A stretch of DNA of 63,514 bases, the filler included, from Pseudovirgaria hyperparasitica (taxonomy: Eukaryota): assembly GCA_010093815.1 (NCBI GenBank). It is 6 parts of 6 records of this genome, joined end to end, with 100 filler letters (N's around TTAATTAATTAA, not from the genome) between each part and the next. Parts side by side here need not be neighbours in the genome. Positions count along the whole stretch, not along the records: positions 1 to 13,809 come from ML996622.1; 5 more parts are not named here. One strand, 5' to 3'. Every line of letters starts with the position of its first letter. Position 1 is the stretch's first letter. Positions 1-13,750 of the stretch are shown in pieces. The position numbers and the translations under genes were made by a program. Below the pieces are notes generated by a model. That model searched no databases. It was not told the origin of the DNA and saw only the letters and a program-made list of their open reading frames with translations.

Positions 1-415
1 TAAACTATTTTGCTAGATTTATGTCTAATCCTAGTCTAGAACATTATAAATACTTAAATAACTACCTATGGGGTTATTTAATTAAGACTAAGGATTTAGT
101 ACTAGATTTAACTCTAGACTCTAGTTCTAATCTAATCTCTAATTCTATTAATCTAATAGAAATTAGTAATTCAGATTAGGGAGGGGATATAGACTATAGA
201 AAATCTACTACGGGTAATATATTCTTATTATCTAATAAGAATAAAGATAATAGTATAGCTATTAGCTAGCTATCTAAATTACAAAAAATAGTAGCTATTA
301 GTTTAGCCAAGGCCGAATATATAGCCTTAAAAGAAGCTACTAAAGAGAGTCTATTCTTAAATAATTTTATTAAAGAACTCTTTAATAGTAACTCTAATAT
401 TAAAGAATATTATAA
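1..415 (+). mobile_element. Ty1/copia retrotransposon remnant (RT C-terminus/RNase H), RIP-mutated
   Basis: Degenerate translation reads FARFMSNP...NSD*GGDIDYRKSTTGNIF...IS*LSKLQKIVAISLAKAEYIALKEATKE, matching the copia RNase H motifs (DSDW..D...RKSTTG; SW.SK.Q..VA.S..EAEY.A). Strong TpA excess. Confidence 0.85.
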
Positions 416-871
416 TAATAATAATAATAATAATAATATTATATAACTAGGTAGAGTAGTACTCTATAGGCCTATGCCTCCTCTAGTCTAAGCCACTATA
501 TAAGAAGAAACCCCATAGAAAAAAACTTCCTTATATCTATAACTATATCTTATTAAACCTCTATTTCGTCTTAAGTATATAGCTATAGAGTACGCCTATT
601 AGTCTATAGCCTATATTACCGTTATTTTACCCTTAGGTAGCACGTATAGGTGCGGAGGTTATTAGTTAAGGGCTACCCTTAACTAATAATCGGGGTTCTC
701 CCGGGGTTCTTCCGGTATATATCGGGTTACTACTAGTATATACCGGGTCTCTTCCGGTATATATTTCCGGGTCCACTAGTACTAGAGGAGTAGTAGATAT
801 ATAAGTATCTATCGGGAGACGTTCTTAGGGTACTTATTAAGCTATCGTACGATATCTAAAGTCTTTATAAC

Positions 872-1109
872 TGTTAGGACGGGAACTATAACGGACCTAT
901 ATAGACTATTCTAATCTATGTAGCCACGTAGTGGCCAGAGCTAGGTTGAGTTAGCTAAGTTAAGCGAGGTTACTATATAAGTAGACCGTATAAACCGATT
1001 CCTACTCGTTAGGAATTAACCTTATATAAGAGTAAGATTACTCTATAAATACATTCCTATGTCTCTCTATAAACTATTAGACTACTATCCCACGTCTTTA
1101 CTCTTTATA
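872..1109 (+). repeat. 5' LTR
   Basis: TGTTAGGACGGGAA...CTCTTTATA. Direct repeat of 8677-8914; the differences I saw are C/T and G/A transitions. Confidence 0.95.
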
Positions 1110-1129
1110 TTTTAATTCCTCTCTATATA

Positions 1130-4100
1130 GTACGACGGCAGCTTATAGAGATAGCTCCTACTACGCGCTATAATACCCGTGGTACTACCTTACACGAGAG
1201 ACTCTCTCTAAATCTAAATAAAGAGAATAGTCTCCCTACGACCACCTCCACTAATAAGTATACCCTATAGACTATTATACTAATAACTAGTACGGCATTC
1301 CGTATAACCGTAGAAGATTACCTAGATAATAAGGAAGGAGTCTATCATACTCCATCGCGGTCTAGTTTATACTATACTAGACCTATCCTTACTATAAGAC
1401 TAGACCCTATTAACGTTAATGAATTAATTCGTTAGAACCGACTAACGTTAACCACGCCTTATAACGACGTGTATACTAAGCTATACACGGAGAGGTAGCG
1501 TTAGGCTTAGCTCGAGTAGTAACTTCGCGAACTCGATAAAGCGTAAGGATAAACCGCTAGACTCGAAGCCGTACTACGCGCTTTAGTGCTAGTAGTAACT
1601 AATCTATACTAATATGGATTAACTTAAGCCGAAACAGTCTAACTAAGTCTATTACTATCCTAGTTACCTCGGCCTAAGAAACTATCTTACTTTAACGGTA
1701 AAACCAGGAGGAGCTTTTATAAATAGGCTTACTAGTATAGCCGATTCTTCTACCTATTCACGAACGATAGTAATAAGATTAGGTTCGTATAGAACTACCT
1801 AGACCTAACGCTATCTAAACGTTAGATGGCATATCGAATTAAATACCCTAAGGATGCGTATAACTAGGACACGTTTACTAAATTCCTTCTTTAATACTTC
1901 GGCGATAGAGCCGAGCGACACGAATAGGCTTAGAGCTATATCTTTAAGACTTAATAGCGAGAGAGATAATCCCCGTTATAACTCCTTAAATACCTCTAAT
2001 CTCTTTGGAGAGAAGCTAAGGAAGATCGCATAGTTCGATAATGCGATAACTTTAAAAGGTCCCTTAACCCGAGCGTAAAGAAACGCATCGACCTTATAAT
2101 GTCTACCCCTACTAACCTTTAGGTACTCGCGAATCTCGTAGAACGACATTGGCGTATAATGAATAACTAACGTTATATAGGCGCATGACTATCCCTATTA
2201 ATCTAATCTAATGTAAAATCGTCTAAAGAGAACCGGTTTAGTAATAGATCGCGCGGAACACCTCGTGGGCGCTACCACTCTATGAACTCGAGAAGACGAG
2301 GCCCGTACCGCGGATCTTTCTACTAGTCGATATATCGAGACGCGAGAAACGACTCGTATAAATAACCTAAAGTCACCTACTATACCTATGGTAGGATAGG
2401 CTATATAGTACCCGAGTGCCGCTTAGGGAAACCACCGAATACTAATATAGATACTAAGTTAGTTATATACTATAAGTACTAGTAGCTAGGACACATCGCG
2501 TCTAACTACCCGGTATACGATATAAAAAACTAACTATCTATAAGGAACCCTCGCGACTTATAGACGTAACTAAAATAGAGAGATAACTAGCTAACTAGTA
2601 TATCAAACTATAGGCTAGGCCTATTAAGGTCCCTCGTGGATAACATTAGACCGTAATACTCGATAGCGGTTTAGCTACTAACGTTATATTAACTTAACGA
2701 GCACGAGAACTTAACGTCGACATTCAAGTACTAATAGGTACTACCTTCCATGGCATCGACAGTCCTATTAAATCATAGGGTACCTATACTATTAAATACG
2801 GCATCTAGGACAGCGGGGGGAAGTAGAAACCCTACTACTTAACCTTTATTATAGTAGATAGTCCCTTCGACATGATCCTTAGTATACCGTAGCTCGAAAA
2901 ACATAACCCGAAACTGGACTTTATCTAGAAAATAGCTGGCTAGCGCATGTACCCACTATAATAGAACCTAGTATAGCTAGTCGACGACGAATAATTCTAG
3001 AAGGACTACGAAAAGGTAATCTTCGCTATCTACGTCCTCTTACTTACTTAAAATAGAGAGCTTAGTATTAAAGTAGATGAAAACCTACTATATTAGTATA
3101 AAATATACTAACATATCGCGTTAGCGATCGACTCGTCCGAATTACCTTAATACCAATCTACCGACCTTACTATTAACCTCGAAGACGGTTAATAACCCCT
3201 ATACGGACCTATCTACCCTCTATTAGAACCCGAGCTATAGGTCCTCCGAGAATACATCGAAAAGAACCTTACGCGAGAATAGATTAGACCTAGTATATCT
3301 CTAGCCGGAGCTCTAATCCTCTTTATAAAGAAGAAGGATAGGAGTCTCTATCTATATATCGACTACTATAGTCTAAATAACATCACGCGAAAGAATCGTT
3401 ACCTACTACCTCTTATCTCCGAGTCTATTAATAGACTAGGGCGCGTAAAGATCTTTACTAAGCTCGATCTACGCGACACCTACTACCGCCTACGTATTAA
3501 GAAGGGCGATAAGTGGAAAACGGCGTTTAGGACCCGTTATAGATACTTTAAGTATATAGTAGTCCCTTTTAGACTAACTAACGCGCTAGGAACCTTCTAA
3601 GCGTACATTAATAACGCGCTAGTAGGCCTACTCGATATGACGTGCATCGTATACCTCGATAACATCCTTATCTTCTCTAATAACGAAGAAGAATACATCT
3701 AGCACGTACGCGTAGTCCTAGATAGGCTAGAAAAACATAAGCTATATATTAAGCTATCTAAATATAAGTTCTACTAGGACTACGTTAACTTTCTTAGCTT
3801 CGTTATTACTAATTAAGGTATAACCATAGAAAGGGATAGGGTCGCTACTATCGTGGACTAGCCTAAACTAAAATCGGTTTAAGATATACGTGTCTTCATT
3901 AGATTCGCTAATTACTACCGAAAATTCGTTAAGTATTTCTCCCGGCTAGTAGCACCGCTTAACGCGCGTACTACTACTATAGATTTATCTATTACGGTCC
4001 GCGGTAGATAGAAATAGTATAATATTAAATCGCAGCCTATAGAATTATCGGAAGGCAAAAGGGCCTCCTTCGAGAAAATCAAAGAGGCATTTATAACTAC

Positions 4101-6400
4101 CCCATTGCTAGTATACTTCGACCCGACCAAACCTATCCGCGTTAAAACTAACGCGTTAGGATTTATAATCTTAGACATTCTCTCCTAGCCTAGACTAACT
4201 AAGTCTAAAAAGGTCTAATGGTATCTAGTTACGTTCTTCTTACGTAAAATGGTCGATATTAAGACTAGATATACTATCTATAACCAAGAGCTACTAGTAA
4301 TAGTAGAGTCGTTTAAATAGTAGTAATATTATCTTAAAGGTACCATGTATAACGTCGAGTTACTAACTAATTACTATAACTTAAAGGGGTTTATAAGCAT
4401 GACGGTTTTAAACCGTTAATAGGTCTAATAGGCTAAGTAGCTTACGAACTTTTACTTTATAATCTACTATCGACCTAGAAGTATAAACCTAGCTAATAGA
4501 ATGTTAAGAAGACCTAACTATAAAGAAGGCGCCTAGGATTATAGTGGCCATAGGGTCCTAGAGTAGCTATAGGCCCAACTCTTAAGGACGAGGTTGGATT
4601 TTAAGTTATTAGGCGATTAGCGAGATGCTAACGTCGATGCTAGTAATCGAATCTCTAAGACTAAAGCCGGTAACCAAAGACGCGGTACTAAAGTCCCTAG
4701 TAGGCCGTTTATTAGCGCTGTCGGGAAGGGCGATAATGCCCAGCGTAAATATCTAATTAACCTCGCCTAGTTAATCGTGGATCTATAGAAGATAGACCCG
4801 ATAGTTTTAAAGTTACGTAAAATGTAGTAAGATAGGTTATTACGGACTAAAGTAGACTATAAGTAGACCTTCGTGGACGGCTTACTTTACTACGATAGAA
4901 AGTACTATATGCCGACGGGTAACGCGCGATTTAACGTAGTTAGCCGATACTATAACGCTAACCTAGTAGGACACTTTAGGTATGTACGTACCCTAAGCTT
5001 AATTCGTTAGTACTATTTTTAGGAAGATATACCTAAGTACGTCGAAGAATAGATAGCTACTTATCCGATTTATTAAAGAACGAAGGCCCCTAGGCATAAG
5101 CCATATAGGAATTTACAGCCTCTTTTAGCCCCCCTCTTTATATAGGAAGACGTTACTATGGACTTTATAGTTAACTTATCTCTAAGCGAGATGCTTAGAA
5201 TAAGTTATAATTCTATTCTTATTATCGTGGATAGACTTATAAAGATGTCTAGGTACATCCCGGTATAGAAGATAATTACATCTAAAGAACTAGCGTAGGT
5301 GTTCTAGAACGAGATTATCAAGGTCCATGGTATACTAAAAAGGATCGTTATGGACCGAGGAAGTACCTTCACATCTAAATTCTAGACGTTATTCTATGAA
5401 ATGGCAAGTATAAATAGAAATATATCTATAGCATTTCATCCTTAGACGGATGGCTAGATAGAGCGATAGAACTAGACGCTTGAGGCCTACCTACGCGCAT
5501 TCTACAATTTCGAGTAGAACGACTAGGCCTCTCTACTAAGTATAGTAGAGTTCGTATATAATAATAGTCGTCATAGTATAATAGATATTATACCTTTCTA
5601 GGCGAACCTCGGACGCAGTCTAAGGATAGGTTTTAAGCCTTAGACGGTCTAATTTAATCGAATAATAGACGTGAACGTCCACGCTTAGGAATTAGCGATT
5701 AAAATCTTCGAAACCGTACGTAACTATCGCGCTATAATCTAATAAGTAAACGACTTATATACGAAGTACTATAATAGGTTAGCTAAGGATTAGACGTACG
5801 AGGAGGGCGATAAGGTCCTTCTTAACGTCCGTAATATACGAACGTCGCGAGTAAATAAGAAGCTCGATTATAAAATAGCTAGTCCCTTCCGAATTAAACG
5901 TCGTATCGGTATAAGAGCCTACGAGCTCGACTTAGGAAGCGACATAAGAATCTATAACGTGTTCTACGTCTTACTACTTAAAAGATTTCGACCTAACGTG
6001 TATGGCCGCACGAACGTGTAGTTATACTCTATTATACTCTAAGATAGACTAGACGTGTTCGAAGTGGACCATATTATCGAACATAGGATCGATAAAGACG
6101 GTATTTAGAAATATAGAATCCGTTAGAAGGACTATACTAAGGACAAGGATACCTAGGAACTAGCGGTATATATCTTAAGTTCTATAATGGCTGCGTATAA
6201 GTAAAAGATATAGAATAGCGTATTATTAATGTAAGTATAGCGACGTTATAGTCGTCGTAAAAAGAAGAAGGATGCCGTAGAGAACGAAGTGCTAAACCAG
6301 GAAATCTAGACGCGCACTAGGAAAACTCTATATAGTAGCCCTATAATTCAAGCGTTACACGGTTACTAGACGCGAAGAAAGCGTAAACAACCATTTTAGG
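1130..6400 (+). pseudogene. gypsy gag-pol (Zn knuckle, protease, RT, RNase H, integrase, chromodomain)
   Basis: Knuckle at ~2465-2510. RT motifs [36 protein letters not shown] (3450-3680). Integrase DVTMDFIV (~5150) and AFHP*TDG*IER (~5430-5470). Chromodomain FEVDHIIEH...KYRIR*KDY...DT*E (~6058-6165). Boundaries approximate. Confidence 0.92.
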
Positions 6401-6799
6401 AACGCGACGTAACATACTATAATAGAATAACATAGAAGAGTCTAGAATAGACTAACATGGACCATTATACACGAGAAAAACATAGGACTAAGAACCTAAA
6501 AAAAGGTACCCCACTATAGAATTAAACTCTTAACACGAAATATAAAAGGTTAGAGTACCCGAACTAATAACCACTAGGCCACTAGTTCGGGTGCTCTAAT
6601 GGAATTCATAGAGATAAACTAATTTATATGCGGTGCCCACACTTAGGTGACTTAAGGAAAATTAGAATATAGAAACCGATAGTTATAAGCTAAGCGAGCG
6701 CACACATAATATCGTTAAGTTAAGAATTAAATTACTAGAAACTAGCCGACGGGTATCTAAACGGTCTAAAAAGGACTAAAATAGATAAAAGCCAGGTAA

Positions 6800-8400
6800 A
6801 TAGAGCCGGCGCGCACTACCTATAGTAGATCTAGAACACATAGAGCCAGGCATAGAGCTAACACATAGAGCTAGAACCATAGAGCTACTCCTCCATCTTA
6901 TTATCCGTCCTAATCTCTAGTATAGTCCTCTCTAACCGTACGATATAGCGGCGGAGGACGACGACCTTAGCCTCTAGAGTAATAACCCGATCCGTTAGAG
7001 CCTAGAGAGAAGAGTCTTAAGCGCTAGAGCGTAGCGACTAGGTCTAAAGTTAGCTAATATAATCTAGAATAATCTAGAAGGGAATATATACCCTCTTACG
7101 AGGCGACTTAGAGGGAGAAATAGTAGACCTCTTACGAGATTCGTTAGTAGCGCGAGACGGACGGGGGGGGATAGAGCGAATCCTCTCTACGGCCTCTATA
7201 GCTAGGATAGACTCCCTAGAATAGGTAGCCTAGGCGCTAGGGATCTCGCGGCGGCTAGAAAAATCAATAGGTGTTAAAAACAATTAACGTACTTATAACT
7301 TATACTTTAATAACCTCTAGGAAGAGCTTATAGCGCTCCCTAAACTCCCTCTATATAGTAGGTAGGCGGCTATAAGGACCCCTAAGGGTCTTACGGACGC
7401 GAAGGTCGTTATATATATCTTATATACGCATAGGAACCTAAGAATGTATTAGCGCGGACTACTTTAGATTATACTAGATTAAGATAGCCTATTATACTTA
7501 TCTATAGATAAGTCTTACTAGTCACGGTATAGCGGCGGTAGTGGGTAGGTAGAGTAAAGATAGGGCGTATAGGCCCGTCGCGGTTAGTAGAGTAGTAGCT
7601 AATGCTAGAGTTAGAGCGAAAGAGATATTTAGAGCCGGCCGTATAGCCCTTAATATACTCATAGTATATTAAACCGTAGTTCGCCGTTTTTCTATGGCGT
7701 AAACCGCGACCACGTTTAGTATCCTCGGCGACCTAGGCCTTATTATTAGTGGGCTAGGGTTTAGAGTAAATATTAAGGTCCTAAAAGAACCTAGAGCGAC
7801 TGAATCGGTCCATGTTAGACCGGAAGGAAGAGCGGTAAGGCGGCGGCGTAGGTAAGCGCGAGGGCTCGCGATTATCGTCTATAACGAGATCTTCTTTATC
7901 CTCTAGAGGAGGTAGAGTAGACGGCGTACGCTTTAGAGCGAGAGGAGAATCTACGACCACTTTATCTATAAGTTTAGTACTAGAATTACCTAGATTAGAG
8001 CGACTAGTGGCCACATTAGTAGCAGAGGTAGTAGTAGTAGTAGCCCTAGCTACTCTCTTCTCCGACTTAGAGCGCGCCTTCGTGCCACCGCGATAGATAG
8101 GCTTCTTAGCCGGCGTGGCCGGGGAGGAGGCGATGCCTTTAGAGCGAGTCTTATGAGAGGAGGAGATAGGCTTAGAGATAGGACTAGTATTAGATATCTA
8201 TATATACACGTTAGCTAGAGATCTAAGGAAGGAATATTCGTCTACCCTTAACGGCGATTAACGAAGCTAAATTAGTAACTATAACAACGCGAATAGGTTA
8301 TATAGGACCGGTTCTAATAAGAATAGACTACTATAGACCCTTCTAAACCTAAACTAGGGAAGATAGTATATGAATTAACGACTTACCTTAAGAGCGAGGT
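6800..8400 (-). pseudogene. Extra antisense, apparently spliced gene between pol and the 3' LTR
   Basis: Long minus-strand frames (SSHKTRSKGIASSPATPAKKP..., ORF 7781-8014, coiled-coil-like ALTDRVITLEAKVVVLRRYIVRLERTI at ~6920-7000). GTAAGT donor near 8386 and GCTAAC...TAG acceptor near 8200. Confidence 0.5.
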
Positions 8401-8676
8401 GGATATACTAGAGAATAAAATCAAAGGCGAGCGAAGCTAAATATATACTCGACCAAAGTGGCGATTATATATTCTAGGTAGTAGCCACGAAGTAAGGGAT
8501 AAGCGCGTGTATAAACTAATAAAAGTGAACTAGAATCTCGAGTTTACCTATATTAAGGATGGTTATAACGTTATAGGAACTTAGTTACGGATGTATAGGT
8601 ACACGATAGATTATAGAGACTTAGGATTATATATACTTAAGTGCTTTAGGGCGAAGCATAAAAAGAAGAAGGATAT

Positions 8677-8914
8677 TATTAGGACGGGAACCATAATAGA
8701 CCTATATAGACTATTCTAATCTATGTAGCCACGTAGTAGCCAGAGCTGGGTTAAGTTAGCTGAGTTAAGCGAGGTTACTATATAAGTGGACCGTATAAAC
8801 CGATTCCTACTCGTTAGGAATCAACCTCGTATAAGAGTAAGATTACTCTATAAATACATTCCTATGTCTCTCTATGAACTGTTAGACTACTATCCTACGT
8901 CTTCACTCTTTATA
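8677..8914 (+). repeat. 3' LTR
   Basis: TATTAGGACGGGAA...CTCTTTATA, same length as the 5' LTR. Confidence 0.95.
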
Positions 8915-8919
8915 GTAAC

Positions 8920-11900
8920 GTAGATAAGCCATTACCGTTATATATAGAGGTTAGGGTATATAGCTAGATAGTAGCGTATTATACCTCTCCGGCCGCACGC
9001 CTTATACCATAGAGAGGTATCGGGAACGCCTCTCTTATAGATATAGTATAGGAGTCCTATAGCGCCCGTTCGGGCTTAGATAAGTATAGATACTTAGGCT
9101 TTCGTTAGCCCTTTATATATCTATTTACTTAGTTCCTTCTATAGCCCTTAAATCCACTCTAGGTACCTATTCTACTAGGAGGTCTAGTGGGCACGGAGTG
9201 CCTCTTTCTACTTATCTTAAGTCTACGACCGTATGTTTTTCACGAGTTCTTAAAGGCTCTACCGGTCTAGGAGAGCGTCCGGGTTATCTTAGACTTCTTA
9301 TACTACTTAGCTAGAGACGGCTTCTATTAAGCACCTATACCGTATTCGATTCTAGCCTATATATAGGAGTGCGCGGTAATATATACTAATTCATATACGT
9401 AGCGCGGCGAAAGTATATTCTACGTTTCCTATACGTTCCTATACTTATTATTTAGTAAAGTATACTACCCTCTATGTCTAGTAGAAGTTATATATACTTA
9501 TGACGTCTATCTCGCGTTATAGTAGTACCGTGTTAGTAGCTTTATATACGCCTAATATAAGATAGAGTATGCGGTTCTATATGGATTCGAGCTTCATTCG
9601 CCTAGTCTATATAAGGGCTATATACTAGCACTCGTGTCCGTACGTAAAGGCGGGTCGTACTATAGATATATATAGCTAGCGTGCCTTATCCCGGGCGGTT
9701 CTCTATATAGAGACTATAATCCGTCGTATAGCGGCTTCTATCTAGAGGGCCCTAGAGACGGCGTATACCACTTATAGTCTCTATTTAAGCTTACTATCTA
9801 GTATAACTCCGAGCGCGCGCATGCTTTATACTAGTAGTTTATTAAATGCGTCGATTCGGGGGCGTCGTTCGCCTTCCCTAGTTATCTATTTCCCTTAACG
9901 ATTAATAAAGTGCATGAGCTGGTATTTCTCCGGGGCGAACTTTACTCTATAGTATTTTACCTACTAGAGGCACCTCTTATGGTTCTATTCTAGTCGTCTA
10001 CACGTTCGGTTAGTATTATTATTAATAGCTAGAAGGTATATGTTATCGGCGTATCCAACTACCTCTATATACTTTATTCCTTAAAGAAGGTCTACCGTAA
10101 AGAAGAGGAATAGGATTAGAGAGATAGTACTCCCTTATAGGATACCGCATGCCGTCTCTTTATATTCGCTCTAGTACCTAGGGATATATATCTAAGTTAT
10201 TCTTTCTATAAGGAATAACTATATAAAGCGTATAATCTATTCTAGTATTCGTCTTATCTAGAGGTTATAAATAAGTCTTATATAGTTTACCTTATTAAAC
10301 GCTCCGGCTATATTAAGAGAGAGGAGCGATACTATCCGTCCCTATTTCTATACGGCCTAGACGACTTTAATAATATATTAGATAGCTATTATTAGAGAGC
10401 TATCTACCTTTACCTTCTAGTTCGGAGGGAGAAGATTATATTTCTATACCGTAGTACTTATCTTCTTTACTATTATAGCCTCTAGTATCTTACCTAGATA
10501 GAAGAGAAGGGCGATTAGTCTCTATCCCTTTAGGGAGTTAGGGCTCTTTTCTAGTTTCGGGAGTATAATAGTATAGGTAACTTAGAAGCTCTAGGGGTGG
10601 TACCCCTACGTGACGTATACTTAGAATATATAAGTAATAAGTAGTAGGGTCGCTTTTATAGTACTTTTTAGGCATCGATTTAGAATTCCATCTAGTCTAG
10701 ATACTTTATCATTTAGGAGTATCTTAATAATATTAAGTATATCCTCCTCCGTAACTTCTTCGGGGATATCTACCATATATAGATATTTAGCGCCGTGAAC
10801 GTCTAATAGATCTACTAGTTCCGGGAGAGGGAACATGGCCTCCCGTAGAGCCTTAGTTTTCTTAAGGCTCATAGAGTATATTCTCCCCTAATATATTAGA
10901 GGAGGTATAAGTAGCGGGGGTGTCGGAGTGTCTACGCCCTTAGCCTATTTCGCTATACGCTATAGCTCTATTACGTATCGTGTCTATTAACTAGTAATTA
11001 TACGCTACTATTTACGCCTTTTATTATAGAGGACTTTATCGCGTTATTATATTACTTCCTTCTATTCTTTCTACGACTCGGGTATTCTCGTACGGTATAT
11101 ACGTGTATATAGCCTTTAGGCGTCTTATCTACTCTCCCGTACTCGAGGAATCCCCTTTACTTCCGGGGGCCGGTATATTTAGTATAGTACGTGTTTATTT
11201 CTTATATTCTAGTATATTTATAGGAGTGTCTATACGGCCTAGTCTATGGCTAGGTCGTTAGATATATTAACTATAGAGGGATCTAGGATCGCCGATTCTA
11301 GGTCCTTTAGGTACTTTTCCTAGTTAGTGTCCTTCTATATCTATCGTCCCTATTATTCATTCGGGGTATATATATTTATTACGGTTTCCATGCATTTATG
11401 GTCGGAATCCGTCTATACCTAGCCTAGGCGGTAGTATTAGATCCGGTAACTAATATACTCTATAGCGAAGGTAAGGTTAAGCGTAGACCCGTCTTCATTC
11501 TATTTATATTTTTTCTATATAACTTATTCTATAGATATAAGTAGGTATAGAAAGTCGTAGTAGCGGGTGCGTAGTTCCCTTACTCTAAGTTCTTCCCTAA
11601 CTACGGCTAGGCCTCCCTACTATCGGTAGTAGAGGTTAAAGTCTCCTAGGAGGATGTATTACCCTAGTTCCATAGTACCCTCGAGCATCTCGTCTAGTAT
11701 AAGTATACGTTATTAGTTATATATGTTATATATATATAGGGGGCCTATATCTATTTATAGGTATAGTGTTATCCTAAGGTTATCGCGCTCGGTATATAAC
11801 CATAATAAGAGTAGTATTAACCTATAAATATAGAAGAGGACTCGTCTTTCTAGTCCTAGAGGGTGTATAGTATAGTATCCGGGGTGTATGGTTAGTTTAC

Positions 11901-12040
11901 TCGTCTAGTAGTATTTATAGGGTTCCTAGATGGCGAGTATTATGGCCCCAGTCTCTTCGAGGAGCGTCGCCTAGTTCTCTCTTTTATATTATATATTTAC
12001 CTATATAATTTAGAGTATATTCTAGTCCCTTATTAGGTAC
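8920..12040 (-). pseudogene. LINE ORF2 (AP endonuclease + reverse transcriptase); C-terminal remainder at ~700-866
   Basis: Minus-strand motifs: APE ILAI*EP (~11925-11945), LLGDFNL (~11630-11655), SDH (~11400); RT GIL*GSTISLILFLF (GIPQGS-like, ~10100-10145) and GYADNI (YADD-like, ~10040-10058). Confidence 0.85.
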
Positions 12041-12049
12041 TAGGGAGTA

Positions 12050-13481
12050 TATATATCTATATACTTATTCCTTAGAGGCGCGACTATCCTCGCGCGGTAG
12101 CGGCTTTAACTATATCTTTTAGTCGTTCTATCGTCTTCGGGATAGTCTACTATCCTACCTAACTATCTTTCGGAGGGGAGGTTAGGCGTATTATAAAGGA
12201 AGGGCTCGTAGTAGGTATTATATTCTATAACTATCTCACGCCTCTTACTTTTATCGTGTAAATATATTCTATAACCTATTTACGTTTTATACACGTTAAC
12301 GACTATAACGGGTGTTTCCCGTCGTAGTTTAAATACTATACTATATCTCTATTTCTTAGTCCGTCTCCTCGCGGTTTATAAGGGCACTCCTAGATAGCGT
12401 GGTCCCTACGGTACTATCCGCACTTAGTCTTCTATAAGTACCTTTATATAGTATATCTATACCCTTAATAGTTAAAGTACTATATTATTACCTATACTCT
12501 ATTCTATAGCTCGGCTATAAGGAGCTCTCCTTCTATTAGGAATCCCTCCTATATAATATATTATACGAGGGCGGGGTCTCGGAGCTCTATAATTATAGTA
12601 GAGTGTTTTTTCGCCGTCGTCTTAATCGCCTATAGGTTCTTCTACCACGCTTTTACGATCTTAATCCCTAGGTATTTTCGCGCGTTAGATTATTCTATAC
12701 GCGTAATATCCTCTGCTCCGATAGCCTATCCCCGTATAGGTACTATATATACTATAATTAGGTATATAGCTACTCTAATAGACGTACTAGGGAAGATACT
12801 ACCTATCGCGTTCGGATCTCGCGAGATGTTTTACTATGTAGTATTCGTTATAGTAGTAAGTACTACCCTATCTAGTATAACTTTAGTAGCCACGACGCTC
12901 GACTATATTCCTTTCTATTTATTAATCTTATTTATAATTTCCTTTAGGGATGCCTATTAGACCTACGCTAGCGTGTCCTTATCCTAGATTACGATACGTA
13001 TACTATATACTCTATCTATAGTCCTAGTAGTCCTTAGTGCGGTAGCTCCGGGTATTACTATAATCTAAGCCCCCGTGTTAGGGCGCTTACCTTAGGATAG
13101 CTCTTCCTAGATTCTCCGTAGGCTGGCTTCTATTTAGTTAAGCCTACTACTAGGTTCCTCTTATGGCGACTTCCTTTCTTCCTCTATAATTTCTCTTAGG
13201 TTCTAGATAAGGTCCTAGAATATATAAAGAAGGGTCTTCTTTCCCTCCTTGGCGTCCCTCTCTATATATATTACCTAGTATTTAATTTTATCTAGGAGGG
13301 TCTCCCCTCTCGGGGTCCCCTCGGTCTAGGTTATCTATAGCGCTTCGCACCCTTAGTTAGTTCCTATATTTTAGATAGGTATCTAGCTATCTATATTAAT
13401 ATCGCTATATGGCCGTTTCTACCGTACTAGTAGGGGTATATCCGGCGTATACCGGGGTATTATAATACCTAAGGCCGCCAT
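12050..13481 (-). pseudogene. LINE ORF1 (gag-like, CCHC knuckles)
   Basis: ATG at 13481. RIP-degraded C-x2-C-x4-H-x4-C-type knuckles at ~12380-12485. Many RIP-derived stops. 3' boundary approximate. Confidence 0.7.
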
Positions 13482-13750
13482 GGTTATTAGTTAAGGGTAG
13501 CCCTTAACTAATAAAAGGGGGTCGGCATGTCGGCGTTTATTAGATATAGTCTATACTCGTGTTATTAAAGAGTCTTCGAGCGTATATATATAGTATCTCT
13601 ATACGTTGGTATTATCGCGTATTATATACTATACGTACGTACGTGTGTCGGAGGTTATTATACTTAGTATACTCTATCGTTTAATGTATGTAAATCGCTG
13701 TTTTACCCCGAATTAACTAGTTTAGTCCGTTAGGGTATGAGAAGTTTTTT

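Larger units (their letters stand above)
872..8914 (+). mobile_element. Complete Ty3/gypsy chromovirus LTR retrotransposon, RIP-inactivated
   Basis: Two 238-bp LTRs, 5-bp TSD ATAAC (867-871)/GTAAC (8915-8919), polypurine tract AAAAAGAAGAAGGA just before the 3' LTR, and gag-PR-RT-RH-IN-chromodomain order. Confidence 0.95.
416..13750 (-). mobile_element. Full-length Tad1-like non-LTR retrotransposon (LINE), RIP-inactivated, interrupted by a gypsy element
   Basis: Flanked by a 16-bp TSD TTAAAGAATATTATAA (400-415 and 13751-13766). Trinucleotide-repeat 3' tail at ~416-437. ORF1 with Zn knuckles and ORF2 with APE and RT motifs on the minus strand. Confidence 0.9.

Noticed and set aside
3915..4178. 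Minus-strand 87-aa ORF
   Set aside because: Antisense shadow of the RIP-mutated gypsy RT/RNase H region.
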